A DNA stretch of 64,000 nt. It comes from Eledone cirrhosa. Its lineage: Eukaryota. The DNA lies in contig OZ024742.1 of the NCBI GenBank assembly GCA_964016885.1, forward strand, positions 352,904,001-352,968,000. The letters are read 5' to 3'. A program made the translations under genes and the position numbers. Of the stretch, positions 39,457-52,650 are shown piece by piece (within the stretch, counting starts at the first letter, position 1; each line of letters begins with the position of its first letter). The notes under the pieces were generated by a model. It ran no database searches. It saw only the letters and a list, made by a program, of their open reading frames with translations, and was not told where the DNA came from.

Positions 39457-40009
39457 AGTTCTGCGTCACTCACAAAGTTGTTTACAGAACAAAATATCTG
39501 TTGATAACGTGATATTCCTTGTTCGATTTATGCTGAAAGATTATAGTTTTAAGCAGAGAGTATTATTGATGTAGGTGTCTTAGAAACCCTGCATTTTGAT
39601 TTTACCATCAATTCCATTTAAATCGAGGTCTGTTTTTATCATTTATTTTGTTTGACCTGTTTAGCTTGATTTGTTTTTGGGGTTAGGTGGTTAATGGCTT
39701 CTTAACCACTTTTTCAGTTTGTACGCCGTTTTAACATATTATTTATCTTTAGTTTTCTTAATTATTGGAGCGCTTGCCAGCATCTCTACGATTTTGCGTT
39801 TCGTTTCGCTTTTTCTACTTGCCGAAATACGTTTCTCGCTGAATTTATAATTGTGTTAATCTCCAGAGACTTACAATGAACCTGTTAATAAATTTATTGA
39901 CAGATTAATTGCATAAGTGTATTTTAAAATCTACCTAGTTGAGTGCTTATTCGATTTGTGCTACCTATGCATTTTTATGTATGATATACACATACTGCAT
40001 TTTCTACGC

Positions 40010-42412
40010 CATCTTTGATGGCATAGAAAATACAATGTAACGCGAGGGAACAATAGCACCACTGACGCTGTTGCAGATGGGCAACGAAAGAACTTTGATA
40101 AACCATATATATGTGTTTCTGTCTATATCGTATCTGTATTATTTTTGACCGTCGGTCAGTCAATGGCAACATTGAGGACCGAATAAATTAGATTACCGAC
40201 ACAAAAGACACAGAAGCGAAAAGCGAAAAGCAACCAAACAGTGAGTGTGTTCTGTTATTAATTCTGGCAATATTACACAAATATGATATATATATATATA
40301 TATTATACTTAGGAAAGGTCATATTTGTGTAATATTACCAGAATTAATAACAGAACACACTCACTGTTTGTTTGCGTTTCGCTTTTCGCTTCTGTGATTT
40401 TCATATCGGTAATCTAATGATCTTAAATGTTTCTGCCCCAGCAGACCCATAAGAGGTAGACACCCCACTATAAACTCAATGGCTAAAAAGACTACCATGG
40501 GAAGGTGGATTGGGTGAACGAAAGCTATACGGACACACCAAAAAAATGATCAGGTAAGAAAAATGGTCGCACATGCAATAGGGGCTAGTATCAAAACTAC
40601 CCTAAAGGCCACATATTCAAGTTCAACGAGATGATCTACACCCTAAATGACGGAGCAGCCATTGGCGTCAGCATAGTTGGTGATGTTGCCAACCTTTTTA
40701 TGGTATAGTGGGAAAGGAGACTTAAAGATCTCCTTAATGAGAGCTCCATAGACCTCATCATGTAGTCTCTTTACGTAGACGATATCAATAGAGAACACTG
40801 ACAAGCTTGATTTAGAACTTAGCACAATGGAAAGTTTCCAGCAGATAGCTAATTCCATACACCAGAGTATAACTGTAACTATCGACTACCCTTCCAAACA
40901 TCCTAACAATAGATTACCTGTATTAGACACGGAACTCTGGATTAACACTATAGACGAGAGAGCCCAAATTCTCCACTCACACTATGCTAAACCCATGGCC
41001 TCCAAATATTGATACTCAAAAACTCAGCAATGTCCTGTAGTGCTAAGTTTAATATTCTGATCTCAAATTTGGTACGAGTGATGAATAATGTGTCCCGCAT
41101 GAGCGACCCAACAGAAATGGAAAGACACATCCAACACTTCATCAACCGCATGCAGTTCTCTGGCTACAACCAAAGAGACAGCACCAGAGTATACGAAGGA
41201 GCCACGGAGAAGTATAATACCCTCATAGAACTGGAAATGAAAGGAATTTGCCCATTATACAGGAGCAAATCATGGAATAGCTTAGATAGGGATAGACATA
41301 AGATAGGGAAAGCCACCTTATGGTACGACAACCAGAGATACCAGAGTGTCATGATTGTGGGCGCTAACACTGGAGGGAAATTAGCTAACCAGTGTAGAAA
41401 GACCCTGAATAAGACCCACTTAAAGATTAAGGTGGTAGAAAAGGCAGCTACCACCATAACATCCCTGATTAGCAAAATCTACCCTTTTAAGAAAACCCAC
41501 TTTAATAATAGGAAATGTATCATATGTAAGGTAAACCCCAGGATAAACTATAAAACTAGAAACGTAGTCTATAGCATAAAATGTACAGAGGGTACTTGCA
41601 GAAACATGACAACAACATACATAGGCGAGACAGCTCGTAGCATATGTGAAATGATAGACCAACACTGGGGGGAACTAAATGGACGAAAAGACGGTTCAGT
41701 ACTTTACGAACATGCCAGACAATAACACGAGGGTAACATAGACAACATAGAAATTAGAATAATATCTAAACATAGAAATGACCCAGCAGATAGGCAAATC
41801 AGAGAGGCCAGTGAAATAGAACTTAGAAGGCCAAGGCTAAACAGAAAGAATGAATGGAATAACAACTACACCCAAACAGAAAACACTGACCTAAGAGAAG
41901 TATAAATATATAAATATATAAATAAATGAATACATACACAAGCACAATAACAACAAACACATATAAACACACACTAGTAAAGATAGAATACATTAACCAA
42001 TACACAGTCACCCAATCACGAACACACATCAAACAAAACACTATACACACACGAAAACGCATGCGCAAAGAAGAGAAAATAAAATAAACAAATAAATAAA
42101 TATATAAACAGGCTAAATAAAGATGGCGTAGAAAATACAATGCAACGGGAGGAAACAAAAGCACGACTGACGATGTTTCAGATGTGCAACGAAAGAACTT
42201 TGATAAACTATATATATGTGTTTGTGTCTATATTGTATATGTATTATGTTTGACCGTTGGTCAGTCAATGGCAACATTGGGGACCGAATAAATTAAATTA
42301 ACCGATATAAAAGACACAGAAGCGAAAAGCGATAACCAACCAAACAGTGAGAGTGTTCTGTTATTAATTCTGGCTATATTACACAAATATGACCCTCCCC
42401 AATTATAACAAT
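40010..42412 (+). mobile_element. Decayed Penelope-like element (RT C-half plus GIY-YIG) with direct and inverted terminal copies
   Basis: RT remnants (GAAIG, YVDD-like, TIDYPSKHPNNRLPVLDTELW) and ORF 41009-41725 (CPLYR, NVVYSIKC, YIGETARS). 40010-40285 repeats 42115-42392 directly; 40303-40418 repeats 42295-42410 inverted. HHR-like CTGACGA..GAAA at 42167-42203. Confidence 0.9.
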
Positions 42413-42617
42413 ATTTATTTCGACACACGTCTTCATATCAAAAACCTCCCAAAACTATATGTATATATATATACAAAATTAAGATAAATAAAATGAATTT
42501 TATCCAAATCAAAATTATGGGTGTCATGCCAGAAAGACATGCGCCATATCACCCGCAAAATAAGCTCTAAGATTCTAACGAGTAGGTCCGACCATTTTAA
42601 AATAACTAGAAATTGAT

Positions 42618-42805
42618 TAACATTTAAATACACGTGAATAATCACAGGAGGTAATTTTTACAAGTGTGTAACCAATTAATCATATTATAAGGTATCTATT
42701 CTTGAAGTTCTTGTCAACTTTATGAAATTACCCACCTAGCTATGTGTGGTTACACACTTGTAAAAATTATCTCCTGTGATTATTCATGTTTATTTATATG
42801 TTAAT
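42618..42805. repeat. Short inverted repeat (~55-bp arms)
   Basis: tgaataatcacaggaggtaatttttacaagtgtgtaacca versus tggttacacacttgtaaaaattatctcctgtgattattca. Confidence 0.85.
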
Positions 42806-42864
42806 GAAAATGTAAGTATGTATGTATACGTACATACATATATGTATACAGACGTACAGTAGCA

Positions 42865-42958
<94 letters not shown>

Positions 42959-43106
42959 CAGGTACACATATATATATGTACTTATCAGTCTAGCGGACGT
43001 TTATTATAACGCCCGCTTTGTCCGTTTGTAAACAAACGGACAGCTGATTTACGCCGTACAGTGTTTAGGCAACCACGTCACCTTTTTGTTCAACACTGAC
43101 ACAGGA

Positions 43107-43149
43107 ACAATGTACTAGTTTCAAGCTTCTTAGCTATCATCAGCACCGT
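43107..43149 (-). ncRNA. Type I hammerhead ribozyme
   Basis: acggtg-CTGATGA-t agct aaga agct t-GAAA-ctag-TA-cattgt. Confidence 0.85.
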
Positions 43150-43562
43150 ATACCCTTCTGCCAGATGGTTTAACGTTGGAAAGTATATACTTTCCTTATG
43201 AAAACTAACGGCTGAGCAGCCTAATTTGCATATCGAGTGAGTTCAGTCGGCCAGGCGTACCGAAACGATAAGTTGTAATAGAATGAAACGAACTTTCATT
43301 TCTCACTCTTAGTACGGCACTTACTTAAATGTAAGTATGTATGTATACGTACATACATATATGTATACAGACGTACAGTAGCATGCATATATATATATAT
43401 AAATATATATACATACAGGTACACATATATATGTACGTATCAGTTTAACGGACGTTTATTATAACGCCCGCTTTGTCCGTTTGTAAACAAACGGACAGTC
43501 TAATTTATGCCGTACGGTGTAAAGGCAACCACGTCACCTTTTTGTTCAACACTGACACAGGA

Positions 43563-43605
43563 ACGATGTACTAGTTTCAAGCTTCTTAGCTATCATCAGC
43601 ACCCT
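43563..43605 (-). ncRNA. Type I hammerhead ribozyme
   Basis: Same core; one stem I mismatch. Confidence 0.82.
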
Positions 43606-43854
43606 ATACCCTTCTGCCAGGTGGTTTAACGTTCGAAAGTATATACTTTCCTTATGAAAATCAACGGCTGAGCAGCCTAATTTGCATATCGAGTGAGTTC
43701 AGTCGGCCATCCATACCGAAAACGATAAGTTGTAATAGAATGAAACGAAATTTCATATCTCACTCTTAATATGGCACTTACTTAAATGCAAGTATGTATG
43801 TATACGTACATATATATATATATGTATACAGACGTACAGTAGCATGCATATATC

Positions 43855-43916
<62 letters not shown>

Positions 43917-44031
43917 AGTACGCGTAAATCAGACTGTCCGTTTGTTTACAAACGGACAAAGCGGGCGTTATAATAAACGTCCGCTAAACTGATACGTACA
44001 TATATATATGTGTACCTGTATGTATATATAC

Positions 44032-44072
<41 letters not shown>

Positions 44073-44307
44073 TGCTACTGTACGTCTGTATACATATATG
44101 TATGTACGTATACATACATACTTACATTTAAGTAAGTGCCGTATTAAGAGTGAGAAATTAAATTTCGTTTCATTCTATTACAACTTATCGTTTTCGGTAC
44201 GCCTGGCCGACTGAACTCAATCGATATGCAAATGAGGCTGCTCAGCCGTTAATTTTCATAAGGAAAGTATATACTTTCGAACGTTCAACCATCTGGCAGA
44301 AGGGTAT

Positions 44308-44350
44308 ACGGTGCTGATGATAGCTAAGAAGCTTGAAACTAGTACATCGT
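44308..44350 (+). ncRNA. Type I hammerhead ribozyme
   Basis: acggtg-CTGATGA-t agct aaga agct t-GAAA-ctag-TA-catcgt. Extended stem I (ctggca/tgtcag, gttcaac/gttgaac). Confidence 0.9.
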
Positions 44351-44503
44351 TCCTGTGTCAGTGTTGAACAAAAATCTGACGTGGTTGCTTTAACACCGTA
44401 CGGCATAAATCAGGCTCTCCATTTGTTTACAAACGGACAAAGCGGGCGTTATAATGAACGTCCGCTAAACTGATACGTACATATATATATGTGTACCTGT
44501 ATG

Positions 44504-44560
<57 letters not shown>

Positions 44561-44707
44561 TTATATGCATGCTACTGTACGTCTGTATACATACATACTT
44601 ACATTTAAGTAAGTGCCGAGGTAAGAGTGAGAAATGAAATTTCGTTTCATTCTATTACAACTTATATGTTAATCGATTTCTAGGTATTCTAAATATATAT
44701 ATATATA

Positions 44708-44830
<123 letters not shown>

Positions 44831-45685
44831 TTGTGTGTGGGTATATACACATATATATATAGTGTGCGTGTGCGTATGAGCGTGTCTGATGGTGTGTCTG
44901 AGGGTGTCTACTTCGTTTATTTCTGCACTGAATAACATATAATGGCTTACACCGCAATATCTCTTATTTTACGTTGGTTCTGCTTATTCGTAGGTCAATC
45001 TTTCATAAGTTCTCTCTTTATAAAGAGCAAGTCTATTATAAATATATCTATTTTATGAGGGGTTGGACTGCCACTATCAGTAGAGCTTTTCGCACATCAT
45101 GCATTACAGCATGTAGTTATGCCCATTTACGGTCTAATTTCAAATTCTGCCAATGTTAGTGTTGCCTTTCATCTGTAAGTGTTCGATAAATTAAAGTACC
45201 TGTAACGTTGTGGGGGTAAATTTCGTTTCTTCTACTTCTCTCCAAAATTGTAGACCTTGTGCCTCAGTCAGAAATGAATATTATGCATTGAGTTTTAGTA
45301 AGGTTTTCTAAGTTTCTCTTCCAATTTTCTGCATTGAATTATATCTCTTCCAGTTCCGTCTAAATGTAAAGTTCAGTGATCCTATTTAATACCTGATGTC
45401 AGTGCGGCTATCAATTTGATATATACAACGTGTAATATTAAACAAAACAAGTTATTGATGTTTAAACCTATTTTGCAGTCACTTGCAATCACAGAAAATG
45501 ATTTTGATAGTCTTTACAGGGATAAATCTGTTCTCTTCGTGATACTATAGGGGAGAGTAATTAGCCTGCAGTATAGTATGGACGACAAGAAGTTGTATAG
45601 AGATGGTATGGATGTCATAAGCGTGTATTGTAGGGAGTCACGCTATTTATTTAGGTTTTATTGTTTTAATACATATTATGATCTG

Positions 45686-45704
45686 ACTACAACTACTACT
45701 GCTG

Positions 45705-45749
<45 letters not shown>

Positions 45750-45812
45750 GAGCTGCTGCAGCTACTACTACTACCAAAACACTACTACTAACAACACTAC
45801 TGCTACTACTAG

Positions 45813-45850
<38 letters not shown>

Positions 45851-45902
45851 TTACTACTACTACTACTACTACTACTACTACAAATACTACTACTACTGCT
45901 GA

Positions 45903-45972
<70 letters not shown>

Positions 45973-46068
45973 GCTATTACCACCACCACTAATACTAATA
46001 CTACTAGTACTGCTGCTGCTACCGCCACTACTAATACTACTACTACTACTACTATTGCTGCTGCTACT
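45686..46068. repeat. (CTA)n-type trinucleotide tract; an opposite-sense (TAG)n tract lies at 46948-47279
   Basis: Direct reading. Confidence 0.95.
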
Positions 46069-46109
46069 TCTCTCAATAATATTTATTTTATTATTGTCAT
46101 AAAACAGAT

Positions 46110-46887
46110 GATTGTTTTTACTTTTAGCACAAGGCCAGCAATTAACTAGTACATAGCTGGTACTTTATTTTATCGACCCCGTAAGGAGGAAGGCAAGGTT
46201 AAACTCGGCGGGATTTAAAATCAGAATGGTAAGGGCCGTAACTCTATGCGTCAGAGCATGGCGTCCGACCCTCTACCGATACTGCCAATCCACCGCCCTA
46301 GCATGGCGTCCGACCCTCTACCGATACTGCCAATCCACCGCCCTAGCATGGCGTCCGACCCTCTACCGATACTGCCAATCCACCGCCCTAGCATGGCGTC
46401 CGACCCTCTACTGATACTGCCAATCCACCGCGCTAGCATGGCGTCCGACCCTCTACCGATACTGCCAATCCACCGCCCTAACATGGCGTCCGACCCTCTA
46501 CTGATACTGCCAATCCACCACCCTAGCATGGCGTCCGACCCTCTACCGATACTGCCAATCCACCGCCCTAGCATGGCGTCCGACCCTCTACCGATACTGC
46601 CAATCCACCGCGCTAGCATGGCGTCCGACCCTCTACTGATACTGCCAATCCACCACCCTAGCATGGCGTCCGACCCTCTACCGATACTGCCAATCCACCG
46701 CGCTAGCATGGCGTCCGACCCTCTACTGATACTGTCAATCCACCGCCCTAGCATGGCGTCCGACCCTCTACTGATACTGTCAATCCACCGCCCTAGCATG
46801 GCGTCCGACCCTCTACTGATACTGCCAATCCACCGCCCTAGCATGGCGTCCGACCCTCTACCGATACTGCCAATCCATCGCACTCGC
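46110..46887 (-). mobile_element. SINE whose 45-bp 5' head is tandemly amplified x14 (46255-46880)
   Basis: SINE body at 46110-46255; unit AGCATGGCGTCCGACCCTCTACCGATACTGCCAATCCACCGCCCT; 15-bp TSD TGTCATAAAACAGAT at 46095-46109 and 46888-46902. Confidence 0.92.
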
Positions 46888-46986
46888 TGTCATAAAACAG
46901 ATAATGGCAATGGTAACGATTATGTTTATAAGGAGAATAATAATGTTTAGTAGTAGCAGCAGCAGCAGCATCAGTAGTAGTAGTAC

Positions 46987-47022
<36 letters not shown>

Positions 47023-47055
47023 CAGTAGCAGCAGCAGCAGTAGTAGTAGTGCTAC

Positions 47056-47088
<33 letters not shown>

Positions 47089-47217
47089 CAGTAGTAGTAG
47101 TAGCAGCAGCAGCATCAGCAGTAGTAGTACTAGTAATAGTAGTAGCAGCAGTAGTAGTAGCAATAGCAGCAACAGCAGTAGTAGTATTAAAAGTAGTAGT
47201 AGTAGCAGAGCAGCAGC

Positions 47218-47253
<36 letters not shown>

Positions 47254-47524
47254 TGTTGTTGTTGTTGTAGTAGTAGTATCATTATTATCGGCATCCTCTT
47301 GTTATTCACTGAAAGAAAGCTCAACCTCAATTATGACATGCATTTAAAATAGCTGAACCGGAAATAACACTCACATTAGTGTAATTAATGTTCAGCATAT
47401 TTCTGGCTATCCATAGTTTTCCTTTCATCCTTGTGTTTACATGATTTGTATAATTTTGAAAGCTTTTTCTATTTCTTTATTCATTGTACATACATATATA
47501 TGTATGTAAGTATGTATGTGTGTA

Positions 47525-47560
<36 letters not shown>

Positions 47561-47753
47561 AAAGAATATACTTATACTTATATGTATAAACGTATATGTA
47601 TATGCATATGTAAATATTTATATGTATATGCAAATGTATATAATTATATATATATATATATAATATATACGTATATATATATATATATATATGCATCTGT
47701 ATATGTGTGTGTAAATATATATTTATACACACACACACTCACACATACACACT

Positions 47754-47807
<54 letters not shown>

Positions 47808-48053
47808 CATGTTAATATATATATATATATATGTATATTTAAGTTAAATGTTCAAGAAAATTTTCAACGTACGTATCGGATTTGAAAATTTGTCACGGTT
47901 GCGATTGGATGAACGTTACCTTAATCACGCTTCGCAGTAGGTATCACAGCATTTATCAAGTTCGAGATACAGTTGGTACGAAATAGGGAAAGGCGCCAAA
48001 TATTTAGATCACGAATTTTTGACGTTATACGTACACATATACATATATATATA

Positions 48054-48119
<66 letters not shown>

Positions 48120-48218
48120 CGTATATATATATATATATGGCATGTGTATATATGTGTAGGAAAGGGTACGTATATGTGTGTGTATATATGTGTATATATA
48201 TGTGTATATATATATATC

Positions 48219-48264
<46 letters not shown>

Positions 48265-49199
48265 ATGTATATGTGTGTGGGTGTGTATGCTTATGTATGT
48301 GTGTATATATATATCTATATATATATATATATATGTATGTGTATATATGTATCTATATATGTGTTGATATGTGTTTATATGTAGTATATCTGTACTGTAG
48401 ATACATTTACCTATAGGGAAGTGAATATGTGAGCCACCACGCCTCCCCCCCCCACACCACACACTTCCTCTCCCAGACCAATATCAACAACGCATCTTTG
48501 ACAGATGTTCCCAAACTATCCTTTTTTTCTCTTTTTCCTGTCATTCCATTCTTATCAAAAGACAAATATCTTACACCTCATTAAAACTCAGACAAGCACC
48601 TAAATTCATCTTTGATATAGAAATCTCTAGAAGATATCTTTATGGATTTGGAAGAGAAGAGTTGATTCAGCTATGCCATTATATACTCATCAAAGGTCAG
48701 CTAATGAAATAAAACCAGCAGGAGATAAGGTTTATGACGACCTCCTTAAACACCCTTATCTTACAATCTCACCATTTTCTGAGTGTGTATATATATATAT
48801 GTGTGTGTATGTGTGATTGTGTACGCGCGCGTGTGTGTGTGTGTGTATGTATATATACTTTAATTCCTCTGGACCTTCATCAACATCAACACTATTAACA
48901 CGACACGCCACACCTCAGACACATCCAAATCTCTCTCTTATATATAGTCACACCTTTCAACACAACCTGATCTCAGTTTGACAATCGCCACAGACAGACG
49001 AATGTGAGAAAGATCTCCAAACCAAGTTAACCAGGAATATCTAAACTTCTTCCCACCGAAGTTAACAAAGAACTTACTGGATCTACCAACTCACAATATT
49101 ATAGTTTTATATTATAACATTAAATCATAAATTGTTTAACACTACACGTGAAGTCATTCTTTTCCATGTTATCAAATATATATATATATATATGCTTTT

Positions 49200-49934
49200 A
49201 TCCTTCTATGTTGTTTACATGTGCCCCTCGCTTTACGCGAATTACTGGTCCCAATAATTTTTTTTAGTTATTGCTCGCACCAACCTGAGGTACCTGATAT
49301 TTAATGCGATGAAATACCAATGATGGTTGGAACATCACTGACGAAGGACTATTTTTATCATATTTAACCCATGTGCAACCACGCAGTATACTTCTTTCTT
49401 CCCATGTTTTTTTATATATATTTACCTCGGCTGCGTATATCTGTTTCTCGCTTACCGCTTCCCCGCTCTCTCTGTTTCTCTCACCTTCTTTCGCCCCCTC
49501 TGTCAGTTACACTTTCTCTCGACTGACCTCTTCTTCACACTTCCACTCACTCACTCTCTGTTTCTCCCCTTCTCACTTCCTCCCGTTTGGCTTGTAGTGG
49601 GTCTCTTCTTGCTTACATCTCACACACATCGGACGGTCTGTACCACTCTCGCTCATGAAATCCAGCCAGCTTATGCTGACCGTACAACCATGTTGCTTGT
49701 TTATTTTCCTATCTTCGGTTTGCTTGTATCCTTCTATGTTGTTTACTTGTCCCGCTCGCTTTACGCGAATTACTGGTCCCAATAATTTGTTTCGTTATTG
49801 CTCTCACCAATCTGAAGTATCTGATTTTTAATGAGATTAAATACCAATGATGGTTGGAAAATCAATGACGAAGGACTATTTTTATCATATGTAACCCATG
49901 TGCAACCACGCAGTATTCTTCTTTCTTCTCATGA

Positions 49935-49935
<1 letters not shown>
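49200..49935 (+). repeat. Partial tandem (direct) repeat, ~205-bp copies ~528 bp apart, pLTR-like
   Basis: 49200-49405 matches 49728-49933. Flanked by (TA)n. Confidence 0.8.
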
Positions 49936-49965
<30 letters not shown>

Positions 49966-50109
49966 GTATGTGTGTATGTATTTGTATATGGGTTTCTCTG
50001 TGTCTCTTTGTGTCTGCTGTGCACATGTGTATGAATGTATATATATATAAAGGAGACGATCGACTTTCGTTTAAATCGGACCGAGGAACAATGTTTTCGT
50101 TGGTCTTTC

Positions 50110-50241
50110 TAATCGCAACTCCAGGTAGAAGGAGCAACGTGAAATAAAGTGTCCTGCTCAAGGACAAAACGCATCGCCTGGTCCAGGAATCGAACTCACC
50201 ACCTTACGATTGCGAATCCAATTCTCTAACCACTCAGCCAC
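50110..50241 (-). mobile_element. tRNA-derived SINE, second family (CORE-like)
   Basis: Minus: TGTGGCTGAGTGGTTAGAG (A box), GAGTTCGATTCC (B box), then GTCCTTGAGCAGGACACTT. Confidence 0.8.
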
Positions 50242-51140
50242 ACGCCTTCACTATATATATATGTGTGTGTGTGTGTGTGTTTATGCGTTTGTGTGTGTGT
50301 GTGTTCGTATGTCTTTTCCTGTGTGTGTGTGTGTTCCTGTACATGTGTGTGTGTGCATGTATGTGTTTGTGCGTGTGTGTGTAGTGCTGCTACTTATTTC
50401 AGATTCAGATGTGTTTACTCAATTCCTTTTAATCAGTTAGATAGGAGTGTTGATATTATTCATCTCAACCCATTAGAGATGGCGTCTATTCATATCAAGT
50501 AAATGCGTTATCACAAACGAGAGTAATCACAGAGATTTATCAATCTCAATAGAATTCTATGTTATTAATTCTATCAAGTTAATAAATGTGATTAGCACGT
50601 TTAATGCATTTTATTTGACATATACAGCCCTTCTTCCGGTCAACAATTTCCTTGAGTGCGCTCCAATATATAAATGTTGGTATTCTGCTAGCCATAGCAT
50701 GTCTAATATTTTCTCGATTGTCTTGACATTTCTGACGTTGCATTTTATGTTGTTTGATCCAGAAAACACGAAGATAAAAACCCTGCATAAGGAGGCAAAC
50801 CACCATCAATATACTTAAGTTTGGTTTTATTATTACAAAGTTCTTGATCTTATTTGTGGGTCACTTCCATGACATAGAAATGACAATCTGAACATATCCA
50901 CCACCATGCTTAGCAGATTTTTATTTATGAAGGGGCGGAATTCATCGACAGCTACACTCAAATATATATAACCAGAGAAAGAATATCTCATTTCTCCAAC
51001 GGCACATAATAATCTGCATCTGTAATTCTACAAACGATTCAACAATTCAAGACAAGAGACTTCGTAACTATATACAATTTACAAGCAGTACAGTGTGTGC
51101 AAGAATATATTAGTTTAATGATTGAAATAACGGAAGAGAA

Positions 51141-51176
51141 TCTTAACGTTTCAGACGCTAGTCCTTCATCAGAAGA
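51141..51176 (-). ncRNA. Minimal PLE-type hammerhead motif
   Basis: tctt-CTGATGA-a ggac tagc gtct-GAAA-cg-TT-aaga. Confidence 0.65.
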
Positions 51177-51240
51177 AAGAATGAACAATTAGAATTATAT
51201 ATATATATATATAAATATATATATATATTTATATGAGATT

Positions 51241-52122
51241 TATATTAGATATGTCTCATTTGAAATAATACAGCCAATTTTCAAAGAAATACTTTTAGTT
51301 AGCACCCCGAACACATAATTGGGAATATAATCACTTATTTCCTAATGTTTGTTGAGTGAGTTGGAATTTGACCGGAGTATCGCTAAAAGGCTTTCTCCGA
51401 TATTGTATTTATTTACTTACTCTTGGCGCAGCAGATTTGAAACAAAATTCCCGGTATAAGGTTAGCATTTCTTTGTTTATTTTTTATATATGAATATTGA
51501 TTGTTCCTTATATCTCATTCTGTTGTTTTGCCCGAGAAAATATCTGTGTGTGTCATCAAATGTTGTACACACATAGATATTTTTTCAATTTCCAATTGAG
51601 TTCTTAGCACGTAGCCTGAATTCCTTTCAGAGTTCATTGTCACGCTCATGTATTGTTTTTTTTTGGCGGTAATTCACTTCCTCATTTTTTGAATCAGTTC
51701 GAGCACTTCATTCAGAACTGCTGGACTGGCAACCTGACAGATACCTCAGGCAGAGAAAGTGATTATCCCTAAATGCTGATGTTGGTTAGATTATCAATAT
51801 TAGTATTATTGGGGCACCCACTGATGAATTATAGGAGCCCACTTGAATATATATCTATTGATGGTATACAAGCTCCTACATAAATTGGTATAATTTCACC
51901 CAAATTGTAGGAATCCTGTAATGAAACGAGACGTCCGTCTGGGAAGAGATATATTAGATATGTCTCATTTGAAATAATACAGCCAATTTTCCACGCAATA
52001 CTTTTAGTTAGCACCCCGAACACATAATTGGGAATACAAACACTTATTTCCTAATGTTTTTTGAGTGAGTTGGAATTTGTCCGGAGTATCGCTAAAAGGC
52101 TTTCTCCGATATTGTATTTATT
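51241..52122 (+). repeat. Partial tandem repeat (period 709 bp) with an HHR at the unit junction
   Basis: 51241-51412 matches 51950-52122. Flanked by (TA)n. Confidence 0.85.
51817..51943 (+). ncRNA. Type I hammerhead ribozyme with long, possibly branched stem II
   Basis: ccca-CTGATGA-attatagga...tcctgtaat-GAAA-cg agacgtc cg-TC-tggg. Confidence 0.78.
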
Positions 52123-52431
52123 ATATATATATTTATATATATATATGTCTAATGCTAGCTAAGATGCTTCCATAGGCCGTATGCCGGTTGATCACTCTAT
52201 GCTCCTATGGAGCAGAGTATGATAGAATGGAAAACGAAAAATCAGTGAAAGAGAATATGCTCCGAAATCAATAGACGTGTCCGAGGAACCTGAGAGGCGA
52301 GTTTAGAGTCAGGTCGATCCACACACAGATCGCACCTCGAGATGTTCGCCGGGGTAACAATTATAATACACAATAAATTGAGTTCCGATGCATCACTGAT
52401 TTTTCGTTTTCCATTCTCTATATATATATAA

Positions 52432-52650
<219 letters not shown>

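Larger units (their letters stand above)
42809..44664. mobile_element. Tandem plus inverted array of a ~456-520-bp unit with one hammerhead per unit; second candidate retrozyme
   Basis: About 2.2 units in one orientation (42809-43915) and about 1.5 inverted (43932-44664). HHRs at 43107-43149 (-), 43563-43605 (-) and 44308-44350 (+). Confidence 0.85.

Noticed and set aside
46246-46950. 234-aa repeat protein (SMASDPLPILPIHRP)n
   Set aside because: A consequence of a stop-free 45-bp SINE-derived repeat that is open on both strands.
49279-49332. HHR-like ccaac-CTGAGGT...GAAA...gttgg in the 49.2/49.8-kb repeat
   Set aside because: The core and cleavage triplet deviate in both copies; at best a relic.
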